Part shown: piece after piece, positions 44,350 to 58,790 of the stretch
Layout: the number at the start of each line of letters is the position of its first letter
Numbering within the stretch: position 1 is the stretch's first letter
Source: the human T2T-CHM13v2.0 reference genome, Homo sapiens
Direction: 5' to 3' (one strand)
Length of the DNA stretch: 64,000 nt
NCBI RefSeq assembly: GCF_009914755.1
Contig: NC_060931.1
Notes under the pieces: model-generated
What the model was told of the DNA's origin: nothing
Database searches by the model: none
Seen by the model: the letters and a program-made list of their open reading frames with translations, nothing else
Program-made: the position numbers and the translations under genes

Positions 44350-45830
44350 CTTTTTAAAAAATACACTTTTTTTGGAGCGGTTTTAGGCTTATAGCAAAAC
44401 TGAGAGGGAGATACAGAAATTTCCTGTATACTTCTTGCCCCACACATTCATAGCTTCTCCCATCATCAGCATCCCCCACCTCAGTGTTATAATTATTACA
44501 ATCAATAAACCTACACTGGCACATATTAATCTTCCAAACTTTATAGTTTAGGGTTTAATTTTGGTGTTGTATATTTTATATATTTCAACAAAGGAATGAT
44601 GACAAGTATCAACCATTGTAGTATCATATAGACTACTTCCACTGCCTTAAAAATTGTCTGTGCTCCACCTATTCATCCTTCTCCCCCACCCCTCCCCGTG
44701 GCAATCACTAATTTTTTTACTGTCTCCAAAGTTTAGCTTGTTATAGGATGTCACATAGTTTAAACCATACATATGTTGCCTTTGCAGATTGGCTTCTTTC
44801 ACTTAGTAATATGCATTTAAGTTTGCTCCATGTTTTCATGGCTTGATAGCTCATCCTTTATTAGTGCTAATATTTTGTTGTCTGGATGTACCACAGTTTA
44901 TTTAAATTTTCACCTACTGAAGGACATCTTCGTTGTTTCCAAGTTTTGGCAAGTATGAATAAAGCAGCCATAAACACCTGTGTGGAGGTTTTTGTGTGGA
45001 CATAGTGATATGGTTTGGCTGTGTCCCCACCCAAATCTTATCTTGAACTGTAGCTTCCATGATTCCCAAATGTTGTGGGAGGGACCCGGTGGGAGATCAT
45101 TGAATCATGGGGGTGGTTTCCCCATACTGTTCTCATGGTAGTGAATAAGTCTCATGAGAGCTGATGGTTTTATAAGGGGAAACCCCTTTCACTTGGCTCT
45201 CATTCTCTCTTGTCTGCCACCATGTAAGACAGGACTTTTGCCCTCTGCCATGATTGCGAGGCCTCAGCCATGTGGAACTGTGAGTCCATTATACTTCATT
45301 TTCTTTATAAATTACCTAATCTCAGGTATGTCTTTATCAGCAGTGTCAAAATGGACTAATACACATAGTTTTCAACTTTGTTGAGTAAATATTATACTAA
45401 GGAGCATGACTGTTGGGTCTTCTGTTTAGATTTGTGAGAAACTGCCAAATTGCCTTCCAAAGTGTCTATACCACTTTGCATTTCCACTAGCAATGAATCA
45501 GAATTTTTATTGCTCCCTATCTTCATTAGCATTTGGTGGTATCAGTGTTTTCGATTTTGGCCATTCCAATAGGTGTGTAGCAGTATCTTATTGTTTCAAT
45601 TTGTATTTTGTTGATGCCATATGATATGGAGAATCTTTTCATACGCTTATTTGCCATCTGTATATCTTCCTTGGTGAGATGTCTGTTAAGGCCTTTTGTC
45701 CATTTTTAAAAATTAGGTTGTTAGTTTTCTTATCATTGAATTTCAATAGTTCTTTGTATATTTTGGATTATAGTCTTTCATCAGATATATCTTTTGCAAA
45801 TATTATCTCCAGTCTGCAGCTTGTCTTTCG
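44350..45830 (-). mobile_element. L1MC-like 3' region, split by THE1 LTR
   Basis: Antisense L1MC terminus (ggttttaggcttatagcaaaactgag...) continuing after the LTR. Confidence 0.82.
45006..45363 (+). mobile_element. THE1-family MaLR solo LTR
   Basis: TGATATGGTTTGGCTGTGTCCCC...GGACTAATACA, 358 bp, perfect 5-bp TSD CATAG. Confidence 0.95.
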
Positions 45831-47254
45831 CCCATCCTAATTTTGATAGTATTTAGATTGATGCCTGTGTTTGGAGAATTGAAGTTTTTCTATTTCATAT
45901 GTGCAGAAAGATGTAAAGAAAGAAACTGAATCCCAGAAAATGTACTCTGAAAGAGATATGACCCTGAACCAGTAATCCAGTAATGATATCAAAAATTTAA
46001 TGCTAGAATAGACCTTGAAATTAAATTAATGCAAATGCATAGTTATACAAATGAAGCTCTTTAATCCTTTTCAGGTGAAGTCACATGCCCTAAAGTTACA
46101 AAACTACGTAGCAGCAAAGTTGATAATTGAATTGGAGTCTTCAGTGTTGATTTTTCTTTTTTTTTTTTTGACACTTCTCTTTAGGTCCCAATTCTTTGTT
46201 TTATTTATAATTGTGATATGCACAGACTCCTATAAGTTATCCAAATCCTTTCACTAGATTTTACCTCAAGTACTTACGATATTATCTTATTTTTTAAATC
46301 CTAGAATACTGAATGCTAATAAGGTAATAATATTCATCATTTTATTAAAGCCCATTATATGCTATCTGACTTTTAACCAATTCATTATTTAAAAGTAGCC
46401 TATTATTAATTGATGAGAAAGATAAAAAGAGATAATGTCTAGGATATAGGCACTAAGGTAATTCTAAAAAGTATCATGGCAGTTCTAACCTCTGTAAAAA
46501 TGATATTTGAGTCCCTTAAATATAATGGCCATATATTCCGTCTATCAACAATGGGCTTTATTATTATTTCATATTTTTTAGCATTTCCTTCCTTCTTTTT
46601 TTCTACTTTATAACGGTTAAATGTTATTTCTCTTAGTTTCTAAGCTGGGTTTTATCTTAGTTTTTTACAAAGCAAAAGGCAGTATGCTGAAGAAGACATG
46701 ATATTTGAAATCTCAAATGAGCGTGACTTTACTGAACATAAATGTCTTACTAACATTTATGGATCATGCTTTGTGTATTGGATAGAAGTCTGAAATTGAT
46801 ACTAATTATTTTTCTATTAAGCTAAATACAACTTCAATCATTTTTCAGACTAGAGACCCAATGGTGTAATATATTTTAGCAGTTCCGAATGCAGGGATAA
46901 TATCCAACAAATACGCCATACTGATTGTAAAGTAGAACTGAGAAGAATGGAACCAAGATAAAAGGTAAACAAATATAATCTAAAGCCTTAACAAGATAAT
47001 GCATTTCACACAAACCTTATTTCAATCAGGCAATTCTATGTCTTCCATGCAATTTCCCTTATTTAACTAAGACTGAAATCAGCAAAATCAAAAATATGTA
47101 AAAGCATTCCCAGGGGTTTATTTTGACCCAACTAGTAGAGTAAGTAGTTTATACAATCGAAATCCTTATTGTTTCAAGTGCCTATGAATAATATTCAATT
47201 ATTTTGAACCATGCATTGCATTGTTAATTACAAAATGAAATATTACTTCTCATA

Positions 47255-47510
47255 ATGAGTAAGAATATGAATTTTAGGTTCAGGCCACCAGGGCATTATC
47301 CTGCCTCCCAACTCACTGGCTATGCAATCTAGAATGAGTCACTTAACCTCTCTGTGTCTCAGTTTCCTCATCTGTAAAGTGAGGATAAAACCGGAAATGA
47401 TGTGATAAGCCATGTTGGTGTGAGGAATAAACGAGTTAATGCATGATCAGCATTATGAATAGTGTCTGGCACATAGTAAGTGCTATGTATCTATCAGTCA
47501 TTATAATAAC
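47255..47510 (+). mobile_element. MIR, near full length
   Basis: Clear core cacttaacctctctgtgtctcagtttcctcatctgtaaa and tail tggcacatagtaagtgct. Confidence 0.88.
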
Positions 47511-47789
47511 AATGATGTATTTTTAAAAGTCTATACCAAATGTATAAAAAGGAAATCATAATATTTCCCAACTCATATAGTTCTCATGATGATTCAAGGA
47601 GGTAATTTATATAAAGTTCTTAGAACCATGCTTGGTAGATAGGAAAAGTCAATAAATATTGTTTTGAGTATGATTATTAAACTCTACTTTGGGCCAAATA
47701 AGATATATTTAAAAAGCATGTATCTTATCTTCCATTAAATCAGAATTAGTAAGATAAGAACATCTCTGCATTTTTTATGATAATGGAAT

Positions 47790-48600
47790 AATATTAAAAT
47801 GCTATTAAATCCACAAATATTTATAAGCATTTAGTGTGTATTAAGTGTTGAGTATGGGGTTAAGGTCGTGAGATTAGTGAGCCTTGTCTGCAAGGGGCTC
47901 ACAGATCAGTGTGGAACCAGTTATGTATATAAAACACAACATACGTGAAATAAATTCTAATAGAAGTATATATAAAATGTTAAACCTTTCAAATAATTAA
48001 TTATACATCACCTTCTAAAAGGAGGTGATATTTGAGCACAGCCTTGAAAGACAGATAGAATTTTGAGAGGAAACACATAAAGAAAAATTTGTTCCAGGCA
48101 GAATGAACACTAGGCTGTACAGGAACACATGTTACTCCAGGTTGCACGTACATACTGCACTTCTACTATGTCTCCTACTCTGGAGTGTGACCTGTGTCAG
48201 GGCAAAGACCATGGTGTAATTATTTTGGAATTCCCAGCACCTAGCTCAGAGTCTGAGACAAATTCAGTGCTTAATAATTGTTTGTATGACTGAGGAAATG
48301 TGCTCTGCTGAAATATAGGGACTATGTTGGGTGGAAATAAGTGAGACTAGACATAAAGCCAGCATCTAGATGATTACAGCCTATGATGGCAGGTTGAAGA
48401 TTTTGGTTATTATGCAGGTGATTTGAAGCTACTAAAATGTTTTATTCAGAAAAGTGGCAACAACTATAGCTGAGTGTTACAAAGATAAGTCTGGCTAAAT
48501 TATCCAAGTGGATGAGAATGGGGAAAGGTGGGGTCAGGAAGACTATCCAGAGGTTCTGAAACATGGTGAATCCCTGAATTACGGCAATGAGAGGAGGAAA
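47790..48600 (-). mobile_element. L2 fragments
   Basis: Antisense L2 motifs (ggaggtgatatttgagcacagccttgaaaga, gttccaggcagaatgaac). Confidence 0.6.
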
Positions 48601-50622
48601 ATGTTTAAGAGCTGTTTATGTCATTTTTTTGTCTTTACTTACACAGTGAGAAAAATAAATATAAAGTTGATATAGCCACTTGCTTTATTTTCTTTCATCA
48701 TAACCAATTCTATGGGGTTTAGTTTCAAACCAACTTTACAAGAAAAAACAGCTGAAAAAACAGTGACTAACCTGGGGTATTATCATTTCCAAATGATTTA
48801 ACATTGCCCTGTGACAATGCTAGCAGCAAAACGATTAAACATCCTTCAACAATTCATTGTAGCCAAATTAAATAATTAGATTTAGGCATTACATATTAAA
48901 ATTTCTTAGGCTGACACACACATTATGAAAAGACTTTGGGACAGGGATTGGAACAAGTTCCCTCTTTTCCAACCAGCTTATCTTTCTTGTATTTCTGCCA
49001 AACCAAGCAAAGTCATTTTTGTTTCCACAGGATTATCAACCAAAACAGAAAAAAAATTGGTAATTTTAGAGCCTGTATCTTAACACGTAAAGCTAAGACA
49101 CTCAGTGGATTTCATAAATCAGAAATGGATGCTGGCTCTGCTGGGTTCAAACTCATCAAAGTTGAATAATAATAATTTGGCAATACACTTCAGAGCTTTT
49201 TAAAAAAAATTCTAAACTGGAAATTCTTGGGCATGCGATTTTTGAGATTGTCCATAGTTTTAAAGCTTTTTGGACAGGAACTTTGTTTTTTTATTTTTCC
49301 CCTTGGGTAAAAGGGTGAGTGTGTTGCTTCACACGTGCCATTGAGAGGAGGCCAGCTCTGTGCTTGGTTAAACAGCCCCACCCTTCCTCGGGATGTCAGC
49401 AGCACTTACCTCTAGGTCCTAAATGACTCCTTTGTTTTATCTCCCTAAACCTTTGACCTAATCCACCATAATTCTTCTTTTTCACTGTTCCTTTTAGCAG
49501 TGCATTCTCCTATTACCTTGTTCCCAGTTTCTAATCTTAATCACCCAGATGTTCAAATTCCCACTTTTGTTCTAGCAACACAGTTTTGGAAAAAACTACA
49601 ATCTCATTATTTCCAAAATTAATGAAGCAAGGACACGATTTTTTATTTATCTACTTGCTTAAATATAGAAATCATTGCATATTACAAATTTTGATGGATG
49701 GATGACACAGAGAAGATGTTCTTGACCCAGTACCAGTAAACCACCATGGGACAATGAAATGGTTCCGAGGATCGAATTTCATATAAACAACATGAAATTT
49801 TCACGTTTGTATGTATGTGTGCATTTTTTGAAGAGTTTCTTCATTTGTCTTTATTAACACCTCTTGATATCTTACCAGAAGTCACAGGGAGAAATATATG
49901 TTTTCCACATGTAGTTAGTAATCATATTTAAAATAATTTCCAATTGCTAGCACAAGAAAGTGAGTCACTACCCTCCCAAAATGTGACTTTTGCAGGCAAT
50001 GACTGACTCATCTAAGAATACCAGGTATCTGCACATGCTGGAAAGACATTGATTACAAGTTTGACACACTCCTGTCCTCATGGAACTCACAGCCTAGTGG
50101 AGAGAAAATGTTCATCCACAACAAAAATGAAAATATACTTGTGACAAAGGACAACCATATAACATAGTAGACCATTAAGTATCTCTAATAGTAAAATGGA
50201 AATATCTTTTTATCTATATTTCCTTTAGCAAGCCTAATAAAATGAATCTCCTAATTGATAGCCAGATGCTCTGCTATTTAAGGGGAAGGATAAGGATTAG
50301 GTAATCTCTGCTCTTATTTGAAATAGTTTTGTTCTAAAAATAATTCTTTGTATCTCCCTTTTAGTGTCCCTTAATACAATTGTTCATTCAGCCTGGGGAA
50401 ACATTTGACCCGATGGTCTATATTCTTCCTCTTCACCCCAGAAAGGAAGGGAGTGGTGAGTCATATTGAATCTAATAAATTTAGGATTAAGCAACACAGA
50501 CTTCCTCAGTATTTGAGTGTTAAATGAACAAGATCCTATAACCTTGAAATCTTGCATTTATTGCCAGAGATCCCGAACTGGGTGGAGTTGTCAGTTTCTC
50601 TCACGAGAAGACTACATAGATT

Positions 50623-50654
<32 letters not shown>

Positions 50655-52481
50655 AATGCTTCCCACATCCTTTAAAGAACATTTTATGAAAGACAGAAAT
50701 TCATGGGGCTAAAAAGAAAATCAGCTTTGGAGAAGCTTAACTTCCAATGTATTCCAATCTAGGGAGTAAAATTCCTCAGCAGAGAAACTTCACAACTAAA
50801 AATAGATCCAGATCAAAATACAGTCACCTTTCCCTGCCATCTCAGGATATTCAGCACAAATTATTGCCCTGCCCACTTTTCTTTTTCCTTCAGGAAATAG
50901 CAGTTTTATCAGTAGGGCTATTCTCATGTTTCTTTAGTATAGTCAGATCTCCAATGTATTCTCTACAAAGCTGTGTAAGTAAAAACGTTTCTCTTTAAGC
51001 CTTTCAGCATCCTTTCTATTTCTGCCTTCCCCCTAAATTCAGCATTTCTCCTCTGATCTCTAAAGTTCCAGGGCTTTTTATGCTGAGTTAGTATCAGAGC
51101 ATCATTTCTATGGAGTGCCTTCAAAGCTTCTGCCCATAACTTCCAGAAATACTACAGCTTTTTGTCCAAGGCAAGGCATGGATTCTCTCTTAGATTTAAC
51201 ATTGGGAAAATTAGCTCATCTTAACTTGGCATCAGCTGACCTCCAATATGCTTTCTGAGGCTTGAGATCATGTGAAAACGTTCTGTTTATCAAGATAACT
51301 CATAATTCCCCTTTAGCAACACAAAAATACCTATGATTCTCCACTGTGTACATTTAGTCTCTAAAGCTAATTGTTCAAAGCATATAAAGAAAAAATATTA
51401 GTCAAATCTAAAAGCCCTACAAAAGACTGCTTCAAAATTGCAGGTGAATATTATGTTATTATTATGCTCTCTTAGATATCATTAAGCTATCCACACTAAC
51501 CATTATTTCCTTGCAAATGCAAGTCCAAATCAGAAAGAACACAAACAAATCAAATTCTCTTGCTTTTCTGTGATGGAATGTTATAGATCATTCTGTTCAT
51601 TGGTCTTAGAACATTACCTATATCAATAATAAAACAGATGATATCACATAGGGAAACATAAATTAGAAACAAATTAAGCTTATTATGTCATGGGGTCTGT
51701 GTTCTTGCCAAGACAGGTTGTGGAGTAGGAGTGTGGCAATTACTCATGGTCACATTTCTATCACATCCATACTTTTAAATTACATTTTGTTCTTATTTGG
51801 CCAGCTTTCAATAGTGGATGCTTTATATAATCCATCATTGTGAGATTTATCATTTATAGTTACGGAGTAAATTCATACTTTGAATGAGTCCTTTTAAATT
51901 TTCAAAAGCTTTGCTGGGATCTTTTTTCCTATTGACCTGTAAAAAAGTTAGTATTATAAATATCTAGTACATTTCCAGAAAAGCAATGTCACGATGGAAT
52001 AAACTTCCTGGAAAAAAGTTGAGAGTATCATTCTGAGCACGATTGATACTACTTTTACAATTGCTTCATAGCTTCCTTCAAGTTATTCAGAATTTCTCCT
52101 TCTTCAAGTTACAAAGAATGTTTAAAATTAAACGCCATGTCACACATATTTGGTATTTGTTTCAATCAAGTATATAAATTTAATGTAGAAAACATCGGAA
52201 GGTCTTAACTTAATACAACATCTATTATTGACTCCAAGTAATAGACAAATACGACAATATGACAAGACAAATAATTCCTCAAACTAAGATCACTATAAAT
52301 TAAGGAATAAAGCAAAAAGTTATGTGTGTAATATAAAACAGATAACATTATTTTATAACAATATTGTTTTATAAAATTAATTCTATTAAAATCAAGTATA
52401 TGTATATCAAAAAATAATGTTAAAAGGCATATGTGAAACTTCTCAATTGTGACAGTCACAGCTGAGATGTCTCATGCCATC

Positions 52482-52846
52482 TGTAGTAGTCTGTCCTCAA
52501 ACTGCTGTGAAGAAATACCCGAGTCTGGGCAATTTATAAAGAAAAACTGGTTTAATTAACTCACAGTTCCGTATGGCTGGGGAGGCCTCAGGAAACTTAC
52601 AATCATGGTGGAAGCCACCTCTTCACAGGGCAGCAGGATGAAAAATGAGTGCAAGCAGGGGAAATGCCAGATGCTTATAAAACCATCAGACCTCATGACA
52701 ACTCACTCACTAAGAGGAGAAAAGCATGGGGGAAACCGCCCTCATGATTCAATTACCTCCCACCAGATCCCTCACAGGACACGTGGGGATTACGGGAACT
52801 ACAATTCAAGGTGAGGTTTGGGTGGCAACACAGTCACACCATATCA
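52482..52846 (-). mobile_element. THE1-family (THE1D-like) MaLR solo LTR, sense to SEMA3D
   Basis: Reverse-complement THE1 ends (tgtagtagtc...accatatca), TSD CCATC/CCATT. Confidence 0.92.
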
Positions 52847-54307
52847 CCATTTGTATTTCCAAGACTTTGAATGTGTCTTCTCTTTTTCTTGGAAGCTGTT
52901 CAAATCACACCCTCTCTCGGTATTATGAAATTTAAAATAATTTGCCAGAATATATATATGTGTGTGTATATATGTGTAAAACTGATCATTGATCATTGCT
53001 CATACTGGGCACTCAGTGTGACATTTTATCTAAAATTCAATTTTCATAGATTCAAGAAAATTTCAGTTTGGCTTTTCATCTAAAACAAATAAATGTCAAT
53101 CATCTGTGAGACTTTTCTCTAGGTTTTCTCCAGATGAAAGTTCTTAATCACTTGCCCAAGGAGCATCATCTGGTAAAGGTGTGCAGAGAATTTGCATCAG
53201 AACTTGCACATACACTTTCAAGAGGGAAATTTAAAAATATCATCATGTAATATTGTTCTCTTCGATTTCAGGTACTATTCAGCAGGTATAAGCAATGAGA
53301 AAATGCTTTCCATTTTTACATTATCTTCCTTAGTTTCTCTCCCATAAATTGTTAGTTCTCTGCTGATGACTTCAAAATACACACCCACAACCCCATCATC
53401 TCTCCCAAGTGTTGCAGTTTAGAATTTGCCACAGCTTGCTACGTATTGTCAATTTTTCCTCCAATCATCTGATCTCATTGATTTTAATGACTTCAATGAA
53501 ATGATCTAATCCTCAGGCTCAACATTTCTGAATCACTTTTAGTTTTTCTTCCTTACTCTTCTTTCCTCTGTTTATATAATCCATCACTTTAAGTCTGTTT
53601 AACCCCCCTCACACAACATCCAGCTAAATTTAAAGCCTTATAGATTTTATCAAGCAAGTTTTCTATTCTCCGTTCTTGAATATATTTATTCCTACTGCCC
53701 GCCATATTACTACTTCTCTAAATTACTGTAACAGGTTCATAAATTATCTTTTGCTACACCTGCTCTCCCACCAGTCTCTCCCACGTGATGCTGCCTATTT
53801 CATTTTCCCCCAATCACAATTAAATTAGGTCAATTTCATGATGAAAATACTCCAATACCAACATATGCTTCATTGAATAAATTTTAAACTTCCTCCAGTG
53901 CTCAAAGTTCAATTTCATATCCAAATTCTTCTAAATAATTTTAAAATTTTGGTTTTATTTATACTATGGCACTGGTATTTTTGCAATTATTTTGTCTATT
54001 TATTTTGTCCCTTAAAAACACTAGAAGCCCTTGAAGATAAAAATAATGTCTAAATCATTTCTGTATTTCAACACCACCTCTTATACATAAGTCTAATAAA
54101 GCTTTAACTCACAGTATTTTAAACTACTGATTTTTGTTTGCCTTGGTTTATCTACCTTTGATCTAAATCAGGATTTATTGCCATCTTATTAATAATTTAG
54201 AGAAGTTAATGTGCTATTTAGAGACCCAATTGTGATAATGCTTTGCAGTCACAAGGGGTTCCTTTTCTAATCTTCATATTCTCACATGAATCATGGGAAC
54301 CCTAGAA

Positions 54308-54466
54308 CATTACTTTTCAGGGTGTAACATGCATTCGAGGATTCTTGTTGAAATACAGATGTTTTTGTTTAGAAGTCACAGAGTATGTCTGAGATTCTGC
54401 ATTTCAAACAAGATTTCAGATTTTGCTGATACAACTGCAGCTTGAACCACACCTGGAGTAGAAAGG
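54308..54466 (+). mobile_element. MER5B-like hAT-Charlie MITE
   Basis: ctgagattctgcatttcaaacaag...accacacctggagtagaaagg matches recalled MER5B. Confidence 0.7.
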
Positions 54467-56559
54467 TTTAAAATACACTGTGCCCCTGTTATTCTCAGCT
54501 TGCCTGCATTAAAGAGCTGAATTCCTTCATTCTTCCTCACACTAGAATTTCTCTCAAACCTTTACCTCGTGGTGTGTGTTAATTTATGCAATGTGGCCAC
54601 AGTATTTTTTTCTGTTACAATTCTAAATTGGTCAAATTTGTACATCTCTAACTAGCTTATTCCTTAATTGCTAGAAGTGATCAATGACCTGTTTAGTTTA
54701 AACCAATGATATATAAGCTTTTTCCCCTCAGCTTTTTTTTCATACAAAGAAGTGAAGTACAATAATTTAACATGCATTTACTTGAAAAAAAAAGGTGTCA
54801 AGATGAGGACGCATTGTAGACTTTCATTTCAAATATCTTTGCTGTTATCTGTGGTAGCAAAAATTCTACCCAAGATGCTCAACTACAATTATATTCTTAA
54901 ATACCTTAAATTTTCTTCATATATTCCTTCAATTAATTAAAAACATGTATGGTCTGTCTTTGAAATCTGTCACAACCTCCATTTTGTGGTTTGTAACATC
55001 TGAGGAACTTTCCCATTTATTATTTAATTTGATCCCCAAGAAGAACTTAATTTCCAGATGAGAAAACCTAGACTCAGAAAGACAATTAATTATTCTAATG
55101 GTACATAGACTGTTCATGTGACAGAAAGAGCTCAAACCTATCTTTATCTTCTAATTCTAAGCCCCATCACCCATTACAGCTATATTTTATATTTTAATGT
55201 TTAGCATTACTTAGATAAACAAGATTCTTTTTCAAAAGGTCTCTACTTATATTTCCACTGAATATTCCGACAGGTTCACTTCTATTGCTTCTTCTACTTC
55301 ACCACTCCATCGGGATTACTGAAGTATTTATCTTAATTTCCAAACTGTTTCTGGCTCACTGTGGCTTTAGTCAAATAAACCCCTTTATGACCATCTTTAT
55401 AAATAAAAAGGACTTTCGTTCTAATTTATGCCTCTTTTGAATTAGTTGGATTAAAGCAGTATGTTTAAAGGATTATTACAAAAATGCAAACTGTATATTA
55501 CTAGTTCTTAAGAAATCAGAGAAGTGTTTTTCAAATCTTCTGTTTAAAAAAGACCTAAGGACATTATTTTTAAAACTGTCATTGAATTTATATTCATACA
55601 CATGTACGGAAAAATCTCACTGTGAAAATTCCTTTAATAAGGCTCAAGAAATTAGAGACAAATTTAGGGAAGTTGAATTATGAAATGAGCAGTTGCACAT
55701 AAAAACTTTTGCTCCTCAATAGTTTATAGAATAGTAAACCAATTGCTTACAAGATCTATTCAAAAAGAGTTTTCCACCAAAACATAATTGACTGGATTTT
55801 ATCCCAATAAAAATTGCCTTTAGACAAACCATGCCCTTTCTAAAATTATTTCCACATTTATGCAAAAACAAAGACACAACCCAAGTGCCTCAAGGCTGAG
55901 CTCTCTTTTACCCTGCTAGGAGAACATAGATGATCACTGTAGCCCTTAGTGATTTTTATGTATCTTCTTAATTCCAGGAAGGCTTCTTGTATGTTTGCAT
56001 GGCAATAGTGCATCATATATTACCTTATATTATTTTGTCACTTCCACCACTCTGTGAAGCTCCATAGACCAATAATGTTTAGAGCAATGTTCCATATACA
56101 ATGTTAAATGGATTGCAATTATTATCATATAAAGGGGTTGCATACAGGTAAGTTGTATTAATAATACAAACACAATTTTACTAAAAAAGAGTGGGCTTAG
56201 ATCTGAACATCAGTTTTTTAAATTATCTACTTATGTGACCCTAGCATTATTATTTAATCTTTCTGGATTTCTGTTTCCAAATCTTTACATATTAATCTCC
56301 TAAACATATATAGTGCCTACAGCCTGTATCATATCATACTTAAACATTCCTCCTTGAAAACTTTTTTATGTTTAACCTAGCTTTCCTTCTAGATAACAGT
56401 TGCAACTGATAATGAACAAGATGCATTTATTATGCAAAATAAGCCACTTTTATTAATACATGTTCTAAATGTACCCTGTTTTTAGGAAAAATAATCTCAT
56501 CAATACTGTCTTCAATAAGGTGTAGATTATCCGGCATGTCTCCTGTATTACCAATTATT

Positions 56560-57930
56560 CTTCTTCTAGATTATTTCAATTAAAATACAAATATGCTGTT
56601 ATTTCTTGCATTAAAACAAGTCTCTTGATCTCTTTGCTTCTCCAGCTAATGCCTATATCACAATTGTCAAAAATTTCCTTAAGAGAATTATCTATAGTCA
56701 ATGTCTCCAGTCCCATGCTCTCAAGAATCCATCTTAATCGGGCTTTGGCTGTCACACTCACATGCTGCTTTTATCAAAGTCAACAGTGAGGTCTGTTAAA
56801 TTTAATGTTACTTTTTAGTTGTCATCTCTCTAGACATATTAGCTGACTTTGACACCACTGATTATCTCTTTCCTTTTACTTTTTTCATTTAACAACTTCT
56901 ATACTAGAACTCCTAATTTTTCTCCTATATACCTGGGCATTCCTTTTCAGTTCACTTTGCAGTTAATTCTTCCTTTCTCTGATCTCCTGACTTGATAGTA
57001 TACCAGAAGCCAATCTTTTGAATTCTGCTTCATCCCTTAATTATTTCACAGTCTTGTAGATTTAAAAATTTCTATATGTTAATGGCCAAACTCATATCTC
57101 CAATTGACATCTCCGTGAACTTCAGGGTTATATATGTACTCAAATGCCTTCTTGGCATCTCACTTAGGTGTCTAATACCCTTCTCAAATAAAATATGTCC
57201 ACTTGATCTTCCCACAAAACGACTTCTTCCACAGTATTTCCCACTTTAATTAATGGTAGCTCCACCTGTAGACCACAACAAAACAAAACAAAACCACAAA
57301 AGCCATGGAGTCATCTTTGACTTCTCTCTCACTTTGTATTCAGCTCATCAGCAAATCCTGTTGGCTCTATCTTTGTGTATCCACTCCTATCACTTTGTGC
57401 CACAGACCATTAATTCTCACATGAATTATTACAATAGCCTCAAACTTGGCTCCCTATTTCTCGATCTCTTTCTTTCTGTGTATTGTCAACATAGAAATCA
57501 GAATGATTCTATTATTCTGAGAGTCAGATCATGTCAGACTGTGCTCAAAATTCTCCAGTGGATTCCCATAATACTCAGACTAAATGCCAGCAGTAGAAGA
57601 TCTAATCCCTCCTCTCTCCTGTTAATTGTCTATTTAGTCAATTTTCTTCTTTCTCCCATCCCACTATTTGTTTAGCCATACCATCTTCTTTAGGATCCTT
57701 ACACATGCCAGACACACTTTCACTCCAGGGCCTTTGCACTTGATGTTCTTTCTGCAAAAATATTCCTGATATCTGCATGACTAGCTTAAGCATTTGTGAA
57801 AATATTCTCTCAGTAAGCGCTTTCCTGACCACAATATTTGATTACTACATACCCACCACTACTGAGCTCCCTGTCTTGATTCATTTTTCTCCATAGTGTT
57901 GGTCACTTTCCATCTTGCTAAATAATTCAC
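56560..57930 (+). mobile_element. L2 (L2a-like) long fragment
   Basis: Extended pyrimidine-rich L2 body (ggagtcatctttgacttctctct, ccagggcctttgcacttg). Confidence 0.75.
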
Positions 57931-58399
57931 TGCTATATCATACTGAATCCAGATAAAATACATATTATTAGATGTATCAAAACAAATCAATACAAATCAA
58001 ACAAATCAAACAAGTTTAGATGAGTTAATAACTGACATCTCTACTTGAGACACATGCTTAATTTCACAGCTAAATAATTTGTAAATTACAGAAAAAGATA
58101 TAGCCTTACTTATTCATTTTTTAGAAAATTCTGATTAAACAAAGAACCATTCTATCAGATACATTAATCCCTAGTTATAAGATAGGCAAATAAAAATTCA
58201 AAAAGGAATTTTGAAGTTTTTCTTGTCAATGAATATACGTTTAAGAAATGTGGGAGGTTCAAAACATAATTACTGCTATTAGAAGTTATTGAAAATAGCT
58301 TGCTGCTAAAGAACTAATGGTAAAACCTTGTTATTTTTTATATCTTAATATTTATCCTCTTGAAAATGCAATGTTTTCCTCAAGGGCATGGCAAGTTGA

Positions 58400-58790
58400 C
58401 AATAACATGGGCCTTGAACTAGATAAATAAAAGCACACAGCTTGGTTGTGCTATTTAATAGCTTTTTGCTTTTGGGCAAGAGATTCAGGGTCTGAGCCTC
58501 AAGTATCTTATCTATAAAATAGGTATGAAAACAATGGGTATAAAAACAATGTTGTGAGACTTATACATGATAAAGTCTGAATAGTGTACCTGGGCCCAGT
58601 CATTCTCTGGCTTTATAGCCTTGATAGCACTTAGCACTGTCTGAAATGATATTCACCTGTTTGTTTGCTTCTTCACTGTTTGTCTCCCTAACTGAAAAAT
58701 AAGTTCAAATGAGACAATGACTTTTATCTAAAACAATGCCTGGTAAATAATGATTCCTTATTACATATTTGTAGAATGGGTGAATATATG
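58400..58790 (+). mobile_element. MIR followed by L2 3' end
   Basis: tctgagcctcaagtatcttatctataaaat core; aaaacaatgcctgg...catatttgtagaatg tail. Confidence 0.55.

Noticed and set aside
57980-58013. (ACAAATCAA)n short tandem repeat
   Set aside because: Three to four degenerate units; ordinary slippage.
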